Below are positions 1-13,300 of a DNA stretch of 64,000 nucleotides, one piece after another. Each line of letters opens with the position of its first letter. Position 1 is the first letter of the stretch. A model generated the notes under the pieces. It was given only the letters and a program-made list of their open reading frames with translations. It was not told the DNA's origin and searched no databases. The DNA is taken from positions 33,284,213 through 33,348,212 of the forward strand of contig OZ234493.1 of the NCBI GenBank assembly GCA_965153455.1. Reading direction: 5' to 3'. This stretch comes from Sphagnum compactum (lineage: Eukaryota). Position numbers and translations under genes: made by a program.

Positions 1-479
1 GTTATGAGCAACGTTCCAAGTAACTTGAATTCCCTACACCTACACCCATTGCTTCAAGTCGTCTGGAAGCCCAATGTACAAGTGATACAAGAAATTCAAA
101 AAAATGGTATATACAACTTTGAATTCTTCTAAAAGTAAGGAATAATGAAAGCATTTGGTATTCATATGTAGATGTCATATATCTAGGTGATGATAATGCA
201 CAAACATGAAGTCCTTTTCAAAAAAGTAAAAGGAAGAGGAAAATACTAGTCATGAAAATCTTTAGAAATCAAAGCAAGGAAGCCCAAACAAGCCAATTGG
301 GAAAATTGTAAAATATCATCACTCATCAATGCAACGAAAATTGAAAATGAGGTTATCTTGGAAGTTGTTGATATTCAAGACAATATGGAATCATCCATCA
401 CAAGGGATTTTTGTATGGGGACTACAAGAAGATACAAGATTACATGAATGGTATTAGCCATAACAAGGAACACTAGAAC

Positions 480-1330
480 ATGTTTGCAAAACTTACTTTG
501 AGTTCATTGATTCATTCATGAACAATAGACCTTACTTCAATCCACCACATACATGAGATTTCATGAATTTAGATGATGACGTGTATTGTGCACTACCTTA
601 CCATCAATTTTTGTAAGCTAACCTTGAGTTCATTGAAGAATTGAATAATGAGAAGGCCCTTGATAAAGATCATCCAAATTTGTTTGTTAGTTGTGATTTA
701 AGTTTACATTATGCAAAAGTATTTTAGGATGGGCATTGTTGGATTTAATGCCTCCCAATCTACATACAAATGGTTAGAGTGGGCAAAATAAACCAATGAA
801 TCCCTGCCCCCTTTCGTCTAGTTGGGCTCAAAACCCCAATGATATGTGTAGTTTGGTAGAACCTTACATTTCAACCAACATTTCCAAATCCAAATACAAG
901 TCCAAATGTGGAAAGAGGACAACCAACTACCTCAAATTTAGTACTAAAACAAATTACACCACTACAAAATCCAAGAGCTAGAAGTAATCCCTTACCACAA
1001 TTCACAACAAACAATCTAAAACCAATTAAATAGTGCTTTAGGTCAATATTGGCACCATGTGAGGAACATAGGTGTGAAAAGAAAATCAACATCTACTCAT
1101 AATTTTTTTGTTGAAACAACTGAAAAAGGCAACATGGTTTTAATGGAATCCATCGATTGGATCCATAAAATCAACTTGTAGATTAAAGAAAGACAAGTTC
1201 AAGCACAAGAAGACATACTATAAAAGTAGTTGAATATTTCAAACTTCAAGCCATAAATATCAATTGGACTCAACAAGGCATCATTGAAGCAATTATAAGG
1301 TTCATAATAGTAATGGTCCTTGTAATCAAG
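480..1330 (+). pseudogene. Degenerate coding relic, possibly the DNA-binding (Myb/SANT-type) partner gene of the adjacent PIF/Harbinger transposase
   Basis: Broken frames read ...VIDSFMNNRPYFNPPHT*DFMNLDDDVY... and ...KRKSTSTHNFF/VETTEKGNMVLMESID.... It lies convergent to the Harbinger nuclease relic, a common two-gene Harbinger layout. The family assignment is an inference. Confidence 0.3.
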
Positions 1331-1400
1331 AGAGACCAACACAACCATGCACCATGAGCTCTTACTACAATGTCAACTTGACATCACACTAATATTACTA

Positions 1401-1670
1401 AAGATTTGGAATATTGAACTTGCAATAGAAAGATGTTTGTAATATGTGCATACACATATATTGTCTTACAGATTTGGAATCTTGAACTTGAAACAAAACG
1501 ATGTTTGCAACCATTTGCATAGACACATATACTATTACAAATTTGGAATCCTAAACTTGAAATAAAAAGAGGTTTACAATTATTTCCATGTACACATATA
1601 CTACTATAAATTTGAAATCTTGAACTTGAAATAGAAAGATGTTTGTAGTTTACATAGATAGTAGTTGAAT
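1401..1670. repeat. 69-bp tandem repeat, about 4 diverged copies
   Basis: Unit start a(g/a)atttg(g/a)aat(c/a)ttgaacttg recurs at 1401, 1470, 1539 and 1608. Confidence 0.85.
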
Positions 1671-1899
1671 TGAATACCTCAAAATTACCATGGTGATGTT
1701 TGGCCAACTTTAATGATGTTGTGCAGACAAGCTAGATCTCGAAGTTGCAACAATGTTGTTCCTTTGAAAGTTCTTTGCCTTTGTTGTGAATAGTGTTTCA
1801 TTGTGATTCAATTCATTCAATGCATCATGTTGACATCTTTCATTTAGCTTCCATTTCAATCACTTGCATTAGTTCTTCCACATTTACTTTTCTCCTCCC

Positions 1900-2750
1900 A
1901 AGTAGCAAATTGCAAAATAAACAACAAGCACTAAAAACATTAGGCACAATTGTTATGTGCAATTCTATTTTCTTTAAAAGTTCTTTAAAAGTTAGTTTCA
2001 TTATACCAAAGACAAAATTTTCAACAATTGACCTCCCTTTTTGTGCTTGTGATTGTACAATAATTCCAAAAATGAATGGTGTTCCCTTTCTTTATGCAAG
2101 GTCATGAAACATGGAAGTAATTGGTAATCCTTATCTCCAAGCAAATATGGAGGCCCCCATGCAATGCACATTGATACAACCTTGATTTCCTTAACACATG
2201 AGAGTCATTCACACTCCCAAGCAATCCCACAAAAACATCCATGAACCTTTTTTGGCTATCAACCACTACTTGAGCCACAGTGTTCTAACCCTTGGTCTTG
2301 TGATAATAGTAATGCTTTGAAAAATTACTAGTTGGTTTTGCTTTACAAATGTGAATTCCATGTATAACACCCATTACACTAAGCATGCCACACCAATTTT
2401 TGAAATCCAACATGACAACTTGCATCTTATCTATCATCCATAGGCCATGTAATGAGTTTTCTAAACATATTATGATCACTTCAAAAAACATAAAAACTAC
2501 ATTAGAATGCCCAATGGCAAACAATTCATTGCAAGATAAGATTGTAAATTGCACATGCATGTGATTCAAATCTCGACTAATTTTTTTTTGTAAAACTTCA
2601 TATCTTACTTTGAAATCAAAGGCCTCATTTAGTTACAAATGTTTAGAAATGCATTCTTTGACATCTAAAAATGTTTAATCCACTTATACTTATCATATTT
2701 TGTCAACAAGAATGGTTAAATGAGAGAGGTAATGGTTAAGTTGGTTGTCA
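1900..2750 (-). mobile_element. PIF/Harbinger (DDE_Tnp_4, HARBI1-like) transposase relic with stops and frameshifts
   Basis: Minus-strand fragments occur in canonical order: WCGMLSVMGVIHGIHI (GAIDGTHI motif), YYYHKTKG*, VAQVVVDSQKRFMDVFVGLLGSVNDSHVLRKS, PYLLGDKDYQLLP, NHKHKKGRSIVENF. Confidence 0.85.
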
Positions 2751-3554
2751 AATTTTGACCATACATTTTGTGCAATGTCTTTTGTTGCTTGCCCCCAACA
2801 CTAAACTTCTCTTTTTTCTTCTTCTTTGGGATCACTTTTTGAACATTTGATTATTGTGAGGTTTTAAATTCCACCCATCCAAGCTCCATGCACATACATG
2901 CATCTCCATATATTAATTTCTTAATGTTTGGAAGTTCATTTTTACTATTAGCATTATGTTCAACTTTTATTTTTGGGTATAGTGGGGGTTTCCCCCCTTT
3001 GTTTTGGGGTCTTATTTTCATCAACATGAAAACTATTTTAGAATTATTATGAACTCTAACATGATAAGTTTAAACATAAAATAAAAAATGCATAATATGT
3101 ATAAGATGAACATGAACATGATGCACACTTCATATATTTAAAAAATAATAATTCAAAATTTTAAAAAGATGAACATTAATAATAAAATTGAATATGAAAA
3201 GTGAACATGCTACAAAATCATTCCTTAACTTGATGTTGATCATATCAAAGGCAATGGTTTGTGTTACATTTATTTATTTCGAAAGCTTATTGTGGGAACT
3301 TCTATAAAGTCTAGCATTTAAAGAACCTTTCTAAACATCTTCTTAGATACCCATCAAGGATGAATAATATATGGAGATTTATATTAAGAACATGGAGAAA
3401 AATATTTGCCATTGACATTGAAAAATTTAATTTGTTTTTGTGTAAACAACCGATTTCTTACATACAGGTTCCAATAAAGCTTATGTCACCATGGGCTTTG
3501 ACCCCAATCTTCACCCCCATTCTCCCGCCCCCCCTTTTTTTTTTGCTTTTGTCA

Positions 3555-4410
3555 TCTATCTATTAAATAAAATATTTTTTTGTTTTGTTTGTCATGTTGA
3601 GGTCTACCAAATCATAGCACTCCCACCACAATTTTGGTACCATTGAAAGCCCTCAATGAATAGGGGTGCATGGAAATAGTTTGTTAATGTTTAGACTTGT
3701 GATGCAAAAGTTATTAATTATTGACTAATTTTGTGAAGGAAAGTTCAATAAAATCGAAACCAAATTTTTGAAAAAAATTGGGGCATTTTTTGGTATTGTT
3801 TGAAAAAGTTCAATGAGTAAGATTAAATGGAAGCAATTTCATAATTTCTAGATTTAAGTTGTAGGAGACATTGATTTTTGAATAACTTTCATTGCTAGAA
3901 ATTTGTTTGAAATTTAAAATGATTTTCTTACAATTGGGCTTTATTGTTAAGGTCCTATCCACACTTGAAGAAAATATTGAATGATGTTCACACTTAAACC
4001 AACAACACATGCCACATTAGTCTATCTATTAAAATAGGTAATTTGCTTTTTTTGGTTTGTAGTTCCTTGCTATGCACTAGATATTGTTGGAAAGCCTTCA
4101 ATGAAAAAGGGTGCATTGAGATGGTTTTTTAATGTTTAAACTTAATGTGTAGGAATTATTTTATTGAACAATTTTATCATTGAAAATTCAACAAAATTAT
4201 AACTAAAACTTTAGGGAGATTGGGGTGTGCTCTTGGTAATGTTGGAAAACCCTTGATGAGTGGGGTTTTGTGGAGGCAATCTTGTAATTTTTGGACCTAT
4301 GGTGTAGGATATATTGGATTAATCTATGTCATTGGAAATTCAAAAAAAAATCAAATCCAATTAGTTGAGTAATGAGTTCACACTTGGGCCACCAACACAA
4401 TCCACACTAG
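3555..4410 (+). mobile_element. Two head-to-tail copies of a non-autonomous Helitron-like element (3555-4020, 4021-4410)
   Basis: Both copies start TCTATCTATTAAA (the first follows A3554) and share internal blocks (gaaagcc(c/t)tcaatgaa...gggtgcat; gttcacactt). They end CCACATTAG and CCACACTAG. No TSD. Confidence 0.7.
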
Positions 4411-5340
4411 CTTCCTTTAATTTCCATTATTTTTACAACACATTCAACGTACAGATGCCTTGACATGAACACCACCATATGAGTGAATGGTGCAACATCC
4501 CATACAAATGAATTACCTTTGAGGACATCTATAATATTAATATGTTTGATCAAAGGTTGAGGGGAAGTTGAATGATGCTTGTTGATCTCTAGTAGTTGGT
4601 CATCTAGTGGTTGATCATCTTGTGGCCCCTCAAATCTTGTTGCTTTTGATGTTTGGTTGAGGTTTAAAGTGTTTGATGATAGTTGTTGATACATCCCCAA
4701 GAATGGCAAGGCTTGGTAGGCTAGGACCCACTAAAAAGATGCCAAGACCTTGCCAAAGAACTATGGGACATGGGACCTAGTTGAAACCAATTTGAACCAC
4801 CAATTTTATGAGCTTCACAACTTTGTTCATAATTATACAATTTTGGATATTAACAACTTTACCGATGCATAAATATATTTGAACTCAATAATCTATTATA
4901 GTTGAAGACTCTACATCATTTGTAATTTTGCCACATTTATTATACCTTAGACTAGTGGCACTTTAGAATGCATCTTATCAAGGAGGCTTTTCTCATTGCT
5001 CTATGTCCATTGCAATTTGCCACTAGTGGTTTTTGAGTTTTGAAAGTAAGTGTAGAATATTTGAATGCTCATTCCTAGGTGGTTTTGACCTCGTATAGGG
5101 TGGTGAACATTGTGTTTGGCCCCTCTCGATTACCCTTCATTGTACACATGCACGCCTATTTTAATAATAATCTATGACAAAGTCACCAACAATGATTGTG
5201 TTGGACAATTTTGGTCATTTTATCAAAAAATTGAAACTTTTGGATTAATGTGTTTTTTTCTTGTGTAAATTTGATTACATTTGCTAAAATTTGGGAAAAA
5301 ATCAGCAAATTTTTTATATCACAAAATTGAAAAAAAGAAA

Positions 5341-5593
5341 GGGTGTGTGTGACAATGTGGCCTTGCCATTTACATTAAAAAAAAGTATCTTATTAAGGCA
5401 AAAGAAGAGTTATGGAAACTCAAATATTTCACCATGCAAAAATGTGTTAATCTTCCAAAAATCCTCATATAAAAAAAATAGACCTATTATTTATTATTAT
5501 TATTATCTAGGGGCCTATAAAAATCCCTTAAGCTACTATACTCTATAATGAATCTAAACATAATAATATCCTTGCCTTGGTAGTAGGCAAGGC
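5341..5593 (+). repeat. Copy 1 of a ~250-310-bp repeat, inverted relative to 16397-16708; partial third copy near 8066-8200
   Basis: gggtgtgtgtgaca..tgtggccttgccatt...ttattaaggcaaaagaag...ggaaactcaaatatttca...cccttaagctact.tactctataatgaat...atatccttgcct matches the reverse complement of 16397-16708. Confidence 0.85.
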
Positions 5594-5704
5594 TGAAAAG
5601 TCCATAGTGAATTGAAAAAACATGTAGAAAATGGGTTTCAGTAACAAAGTTGGTTCTAGATTTCAATTCTAATGTGCAAAACTCTTCAAACTAAGTCCTC
5701 AAGG

Positions 5705-5800
5705 GTGATGATGGTTCATTGGTATAGCCCGTGTCTGGGATCATTAAGATCTCAAATAAAAAAGGTTATGAGTTCAAATCCATTGGTGTGCAAAAAAAAT
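5705..5800 (+). other. Degenerate tRNA-derived/SINE-like segment with Pol III A- and B-box-like motifs
   Basis: TGGTTCATTGG at 5712-5722 and GAGTTCAAATCC at 5770-5781, followed by an A-rich tract. No full cloverleaf. Confidence 0.3.
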
Positions 5801-5934
5801 GAAAAGAAAAAACTTCTCTAATGAAAAGAAATGGGGTTTGACAAGGAAAAACAAAAAAGATGAAAGACTTGCATGCTACTACTAGTAGCTCATACTGAGA
5901 TGGTACGTTAGCATCGGGACGGGAAGAAGCTATG

Positions 5935-5996
5935 CTATGTCCGACTCGAGGACATTTTCAACTTACTATGTCTGACTCGAGGACATTTTCAACTTA
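5935..5996. repeat. 31-bp direct duplication
   Basis: ctatgtc(c/t)gactcgaggacattttcaactta occurs twice. Confidence 0.9.
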
Positions 5997-6725
5997 GGGT
6001 TTTTAACTTCATTCAATAAGGTGAATAACACTATTGGGTGGGGGGCATGGGGGTGACTTTGATGGAGTCATATTTTATAAAGGATTGTAGGAGGTTGGTG
6101 GCTTATTAGAGCCAAGATCCATCCACACCCCCACTATGTCGGCCTTCCCGGTGTCTACCATCGAGATCTTTGGAAATAAAACTTTTGATACTTTCTGGAG
6201 CTTTCCATACATGATAGCCTCTTTGTGCATCATAGACTCGTTTCAGATGTGGATCCGTTTGTTTTTGACCCGAAAAAAAAATTTGTCATATTTTTACCAA
6301 AAATTGAGAAATCTTTTTTTGGAAGTTTTTCTAAGTGTAGTAGATCTTAATAAATTTGTGAAATTTTGGATATCACGAAATTTCTTTGTTAAAATAAATA
6401 AATAAATAAAGAAAATCCCTAAACCCTAAACCTAAAGTAAAGGAAAGAGAACCCATTCCTCCCTCCCAAGACTAAAAAGTTTGAACCTAGGGTACTTAGA
6501 CACTTTAGTGGAGAGACAAAATACAAGTGCGGGGGTGGTGCTTTTGATGGTGTGCCAAAGTTCAATAGAAGTTTGGACCATGTAGATTGGTGGCTTCTAT
6601 TCGAGCATGTACTTAGTGTAGGAATTTCTTGGAATTTGTTTGCGATTCGATTCCATTCATGTATGGTGGTGGAGTAAGATGAACTTTTGAGGCAAAGTGA
6701 GAGAGATGGGGTGGTCACTTTGGTT

Positions 6726-6890
6726 GACTCGACCATGCCAAACCCTACTACGGTGCTAACTCGACTTGTGCCAAACCCTACTACGGTGCTAACTTGACCG
6801 TGCCAAACCCTACTACTGTGCCAACTCGACCGTGCCAAGCCTATGGTGCTAACTTGACCGTGTGCCAATGCTACATTGCCAACTCACCTA
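6726..6890. repeat. ~32-bp minisatellite, about 5 copies
   Basis: Unit act(c/t)gaccgtgccaaaccctactacggtgcta is repeated with decay. Confidence 0.85.
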
Positions 6891-6990
6891 GATGTTCATT
6901 CATCGAAATCTAGATGAACATTTCCAGGGTTAAACATGGCCATTTGCGGTGTCACCTAAGAAGGTGAAGGTGCTATGCTAGTGGGGATGT

Positions 6991-7520
6991 GGGTTTGCCC
7001 TTTGCCCACTACTCCAAATGTTTGTTTCCAATGTACAAAACCCTAAACCCTAGAACTTCCAAATAAGTCACCCACATCCTTGGGTTTGCCCTTTGCCCAT
7101 TACTCCAAATGTTTGTTTCCATGTACAAAACCCTAAACCCTAAAACTTCCAAATAAGTCACCCACATCCTTGGGTTTGCCCTTTGCCCACTACTCCAAAT
7201 GTTTGTTTCCAATGTACAAAACCCTAAACCCTAAAACTTCCAAATAAGTCACCCACATCCTTGGGTTTGCCCTTTGCCGACTACTCCAAATGTTTGTTTC
7301 CAATGTACAAAACCCTAAACCCTAAAACTTCCAAATAAGTCACCCACATCCTTTTCCACAAATTTTCTCGATCCTCATGAAGGAAACCCTAAACCCTAAA
7401 ACTTTCAAATAAGTCACCTGAATTCTTTCCACAAGACTGGATGGATCCTCATGAAGTAAAGAAACCCTAAACCCTTAAACTTGCAAATAAGTCACGCAAA
7501 TCCTTTCCACAAGTCTTGAT
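6991..7520. repeat. 90-91-bp tandem repeat (4 near-identical copies plus degraded copies) containing telomere-like AAACCCTAAACCCTA
   Basis: gggtttgccctttgcc recurs at 6991, 7082, 7172 and 7263. Confidence 0.95.
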
Positions 7521-8444
7521 CCTCATGAATGAATGGGCACAGATCGATGATGCCCGAAGATATGAACTACCACCCTTGGGTCAGATTGGGCCCCGAGGCC
7601 TCATGCTCCGTAGCGGGGGGTGGGGTTAAGAGCCCCCACCACATATGAGTTAGTGTCCACCCTTGGTTAGCTTGGGCCTCAAGCCCTCATGCTCGATACG
7701 GTAAGTCCATGATAGGTTAGTTACCACATTATTTACCCCATTTTTCCGTAAACGCGGTAACTTACCTATGAACTTAGGGCTACCAAGAGTAGTGTCATCC
7801 GGGCATGGTCCTTCCAAAAAACCCTATTAACATTGTCTTCTTTGAGTTGAAGAAAATCCCTTTTTGGCTTTGTAGTGTATATAACATATTTGCACAATTT
7901 GATAGTTGCATTTTCAATTTTCAAACATAAACTTAATGCAAAATCTTTTGAGAAACTAATTAATTGGAGGGCACTTTACATTCATGAATATTGCTTCTTA
8001 TAAAAAGAAGAGGAATATTACACCTACTCCTTAAGAGCGGAGAGGGATCTTATAGCTACAAAGATCACATTGTGGTCTTGCCATTTACATGGAAATGTAT
8101 CTTAAGGAAAAAAGAAGTATTGCGAAAACTCAAATATTTCACTATGGTGAAAAATATAATCTTCAAAAAAAATCCTCTAAAACAAATCAAAATCCTTTCA
8201 AAGTATTACAATAACTTTGTAACTAATCTCGATTTTATTTTATTTATTTTTTTAATTTTTTTAATTTTTATTTAAATTTTATTTTTCTTTCAAGTAAGTA
8301 GGATCCACTCCGACGGTTAGGGCTTCTTCTATATGTGGGGTTGGATTTGAGAACAATTTGTTTGCACAAGAAGCTAGTAAGGATTTTGCATACAAGAGGA
8401 TGAGGTCGGTTGCGGATGTGAAATGGGTAGTAGTGAGTGCAGTC

Positions 8445-8640
8445 GATGGATGATGGTTGGGAATATGAAATGGATATTCCCTTTAGTGGATGGATGGATG
8501 GATGATGGTTGGGAATATGAAATGGATATTCCTTTAGTGGATGGATGGATGGATGGATGATGGTTCGAATATGAAATGGATATTCCTTTAGTGGATGGAT
8601 GGATGGATGATGGTTGGAATATGAAATGGATATTCCTTTT
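8445..8640. repeat. ~56-62-bp tandem repeat with variable (GATG)n
   Basis: gatgatggtt(g/c)gaatatgaaatggatattcc occurs four times. Confidence 0.9.
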
Positions 8641-9944
8641 TCTATGCTGTCAATAATACTACTGCGGACAGACACAAAGAGAGTACAATTCACGGAATGT
8701 GGGACCCACCAGTGCACCAATGTAGGATGAATGGTATGTGGACAGGAAAAACAAATTATTCCTTGTTATCATCCAGTCCTCCCACAGGGTAACCACGGTG
8801 GTTAGATATTTTACTCGCCATCTACACATTTCTACTAACCTACCTACCTACCTAGTAGTACACTTAACCCATCAAGCGTCTCGCCATCATACCTGTGACA
8901 TACATATACTCACCACTTTTTTTTTACCTACCTACCTTATCATACTTACCCACGTAGTTACCTAGGTTTAGGGTTTAGGGTTCAGGTTTAGGGTTAAGAG
9001 GGTTGGAGGATGGATGGATGGATGTGGGAGGGTTAAGAGGATAGGTTACCAAGGTGGAAACTCAATGCTTTGGTTGCTTGTGGAATCATATTGCTTGGAC
9101 TTGAGCTTGAAAGTTTGATTATACCTACTTACCTACCTACCTACCTACCTACTTACCTACTCACAATATAGTACCCCTTACCTATATGCATGTGCAAACC
9201 TAATAAAGCCCCAACTAGTATCTTGTGGGCTTAGAATTATGTATTTGGCTCTACTACTAGTAAGAGATATACATTTATTTATTTTTTTCCAAAAATCATA
9301 CCTTGTTTGTTTAATCAAATTTAGCTAAATTTTTGGCGATGGATGAGAAATTTTATGGATGATAAATTTGTAATAAATATGGGAATTTTCTATTTGTCAA
9401 AAATGAAATATTCAAAATTAAAATAATTATACAACACAACCTGCTATTCAACAACTATGGTAGTAAAATTGTCATTCATATCATACTATGTTTTCCATTC
9501 ACAAAAAAAATTGTTGCCAAATTAGATGAGTTGGTGGGGAAGGTTGTTTTGGAGCAACTGAATTGCAACAAGCTGGTACATAAAATTATTGACCCATTTC
9601 ATAAGCACCCACCCCGTCAAGGTTGGTAGGTAGGTAGGTAGGTAGGTCTACAATCATCATAGCTATGACCCTAAACTAGATGTCTCATCAGTTAGGTACC
9701 ATACCTACAAGTGATGTTCAGCACAAAAATAATTCGCAAAAGGTTTAGTTGGGAAAAAAAGGGAATTTTTTGAAAAATTGATATATTTTGTCAGAATTGT
9801 TGAAAAATTTTAACTCCATAATTCGGTTATTAATACAAATACACAATCTAAGTTGTACTTTGCATACCTATTTCTCAACTTTTGAAAAAAGACATGAAAT
9901 TAGTAAGATATGGTTGGTGTTCGGTTGTTAGCCTGTTTTTAATG

Positions 9945-10360
9945 GAGGGCACACTTTACCCTAATATCATAGTGCTCTTACCATTTCGGCATAAATTAAA
10001 TGATTTTTCATTTTGCCAAACTTTTGGAAAATTATTTATTATTTGTGCCAAAATTTTAATAAAATAAAAAAGCTTAATTGTTAGGTTTCAACCCAAGTTT
10101 CCAACCGTAGACTTCTCATGATAATGATTTAAAATTGAGACAATCTAAACACACTAGATTGTTCCATAACAATGACAAGATCTTGTTTATTATTTTGCTA
10201 TAACCATTACCTATCGAAAATTTCAGAATTAAAAAACCAAGTGCCAGAGTTAAGATTTCAAATTTAATTAAATATTCGATAGTTTGTTGCCGAAATGGTA
10301 AAGGTATTATGGTAGCCATATAACATTTGAAGTTCATATATTAAAAGAGCCACCCTTGTC
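9945..10360. mobile_element. MITE-like element with imperfect subterminal inverted repeats
   Basis: atcatagtgctcttaccatttcggca (~9966-9992) versus tgccgaaatggtaaaggtattatggt (~10288-10313). No TSD identified. Confidence 0.45.
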
Positions 10361-13300
10361 CTAGCCAAAAACAAAATCTGCCCTATCAATTTTGATGGTG
10401 TGAATTTTTCAGCACTTCGTGAAAGCTTTTGAAAAAAACTTGAAAACTTGCTTTTCAATGTAAATATTGTTTTTTTAGAAGAAAAAAAACCCCCACAAAT
10501 TTGGAGAAAGGAAATTGGTCCACCCTAACCAAAAATAAAATAAAATCATAACATTTTGCCATGAAAATGAGGTAAAGTTATTAACAAAAAAGGGTTAATT
10601 CATCACCTCCCATATAATTGTCAAATAGGGTTTAAAGTTTATTTGAGGTAAGTAGTGACCTCCACTTGAGGGAATCACTTTTATTTCCTTTCAATGCAAT
10701 TATGGATGTGGAAAGGAACATTGACATATCATGAAATGGTAGATTTCCTTCTTGAATTTGAGGTTGTTTTTTATGAGATGGGCCTTTAAATGTAACATCG
10801 GAATTGGAAGGGAGTTCTACCATTGTTATATGAAATGTCAATGTGTGACATTGGCAATGAACCAAACTTCTAAGAATTATGGATTGTTCAAATGACAATG
10901 AGGGCAATTTGAAAGTAAACATTTGTGAAGTCTCTTTATCTTGTTGTTTGTAATCTTCATTTCAATTACTTGTTTTTATTAATCTTTTATTTATTTCAAT
11001 TTAAGTTGAAGCATGTTTTAGTATGGTATTTAGAACACATTTTTTAAAATTTAAAACATAAGGTTTTAATCACCAACCTCTCACCTTTTCACCTTAGGAA
11101 AATAAGTTTGCAATTGCATCCATGTTAACCTTTCACAATTTTGTTATGAATGTTGATTTTTTATTTTTTTGTCACTCACACTTTGATTTTTAACAAGAAA
11201 GAGAGAGTTTTTTTTCGTTTACGGTTTGGAAAATATCATTTTTATGATTTAGCTATTGACGATCTTGTTTGCAAATTGGAGGTTGATTTTTTGAAAGTTA
11301 TCCATTGTCATTCACATTAGCAATTTCAATTTTTTAATTATTTTAATTTCAATTTTTGATTGATTATTCTTTGCTTTTGACACCATAAAAAATAATTTCA
11401 AATGTATGTAGTGACCTATCATTGTTCAAGCTTTACCTTCAACCTTAATGCATTTTTTTTTTTCTAATGTGGCATTTCACATCTCACCCTTTGACCTCAT
11501 TGTTTTATTTGCATTTTTAATGACTTGTTGCATTTTTCTCTTCAATATTGTAAAGGTGTTCATGGGCTTTTCAAATCTCATTGTGAATATGCATGATTCA
11601 AAGTTTAATGGAGTTAGTGACTAAAAGTAATTTAAAAAAATGGCAATGCAAAATTTTAGTTCACATTGATGCTTGTTATATGGATGTGAAGCCTGAGTTT
11701 TAATGCCAATTTTTATTATCAATGATGTATATAATTTGAGAAATGAGTTTGATGTTCATTTCGAAGATGAAATGGAATGTGAGAAATTTTCATATGTCAA
11801 CACTTTTGTTGTTGAAGGAAATGCAATAAATGGAGGTTATGCAAGACTATGGTAGGGGGCTTCATCTTTGGAATGGTAGTTTAGTAAGACAATGAGGATC
11901 TTGTTAATATCTTGAATTGTGTGTGATGAAGATGTTTGAGTGGTTGTTGATGTAATTCAAAACTTTGGCAAACAAGGGGCAATACTTGAACAGGTTGATG
12001 TTGAGATTGTTTTGGTGAAGGATTAATTTGACATCAAAGGTTGTGTGTATGAATGTGAGAAAAAATGAACAAGTGTTAACTTATGAGTTTTAACCATTTG
12101 TGCATGAAGTTCTATTGTTTTTTTATTTAGTTTCATTAGTGTATGACATTTTTGTTGTAAAGACGAATGGTTAAAATGGTTTTATGTGTTGTGTTTTTAA
12201 ACATGAACATAAAAAACAATTGTTTGTTTGTGGGGTTTAGCCATTTGTGCATGAACGTTTATTGTTTGAAGTAATCAAAAAATGTTTTATTTGAGATTTT
12301 TATAGGATTGTGGGTTTAATATAGTGACTTAAAGGAGTCCACATGTTTGAGATAAATTTATTTCTTGACACATGATGTTATGAAGCCCAAATACCTAACT
12401 CCATTGCATATCTTGTTACATTGTTGAATAATATATTGGTTAAATTGTTCAAGTGAATGATCAGAGGCCCATGATGCGACAAAGCCCAAATATAACACTC
12501 TAAACATGCATATTTTGTTATGTTGTCAAAGATATTATTATTGTTTTAAGTATATGAATAAAATATCATTCTTCTTTGTGAAAATTGATTGAAGCAATTT
12601 GGCCATCTTGTTTGGCATCCATAGTTATAATAGAAGGTTATTATGACATGTTATTTTGACATGGTAAGGTACAAATTAAAGTCCTCAGGAAGGTTTTTGT
12701 TAAAGAAACGAACATGAAATCCCTTGTTCCTACATCATGGCCACCAAATTTTTTAACTGGAAAACCAAATATTATAAGAAAAGATCATGTATTTATTAAA
12801 GAACCCAAAAGTGTACCTAGCTAGGGTTTTGTTAAAGAACTAAAATTCATGCTCCCATCTTTATGAGTGATGAAACTTGAGTGGTTCTTTTGATTTGAAA
12901 ACCCAAAACTAGATGGTTTTCTTTTGCAAGAAAAACCAAGACCTAGTTATTATTATTTTTAAATCAAATAATTGGACCTAACATTAGTAAAAACCTCAAA
13001 GTTTTTTGAGTTCCTTTCAAAGGTTATAAATATGTTGCTCTTAAATGACATCATGGTCTCTAAGTCCAAATTTAACATTTCCCATGTAAAATATGGCCTC
13101 TAATATGGGGCTTCATTTTAGAAATGAAGGTACCATTAGTGTTGATTCACCTTGTTCAAATTGCACTACTAACTTAAAAGGTCAATAAGCTTCCCACTTG
13201 GAGTCATTTTGTTACAATCCTTGATAAATGGTTGTCCAAATTGAAAGATAGTTATGCCAAACTTATTTAGATTCTAGTTGTTTTAAAAACTTTATTTAAT

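Noticed and set aside
6419..8720. ORFs 6419..6868, 7009..7212 and 8268..8720 with repeated peptides
   Set aside because: They arise from the 32-, 91- and ~60-bp tandem repeats, whose unit lengths mostly break frame.
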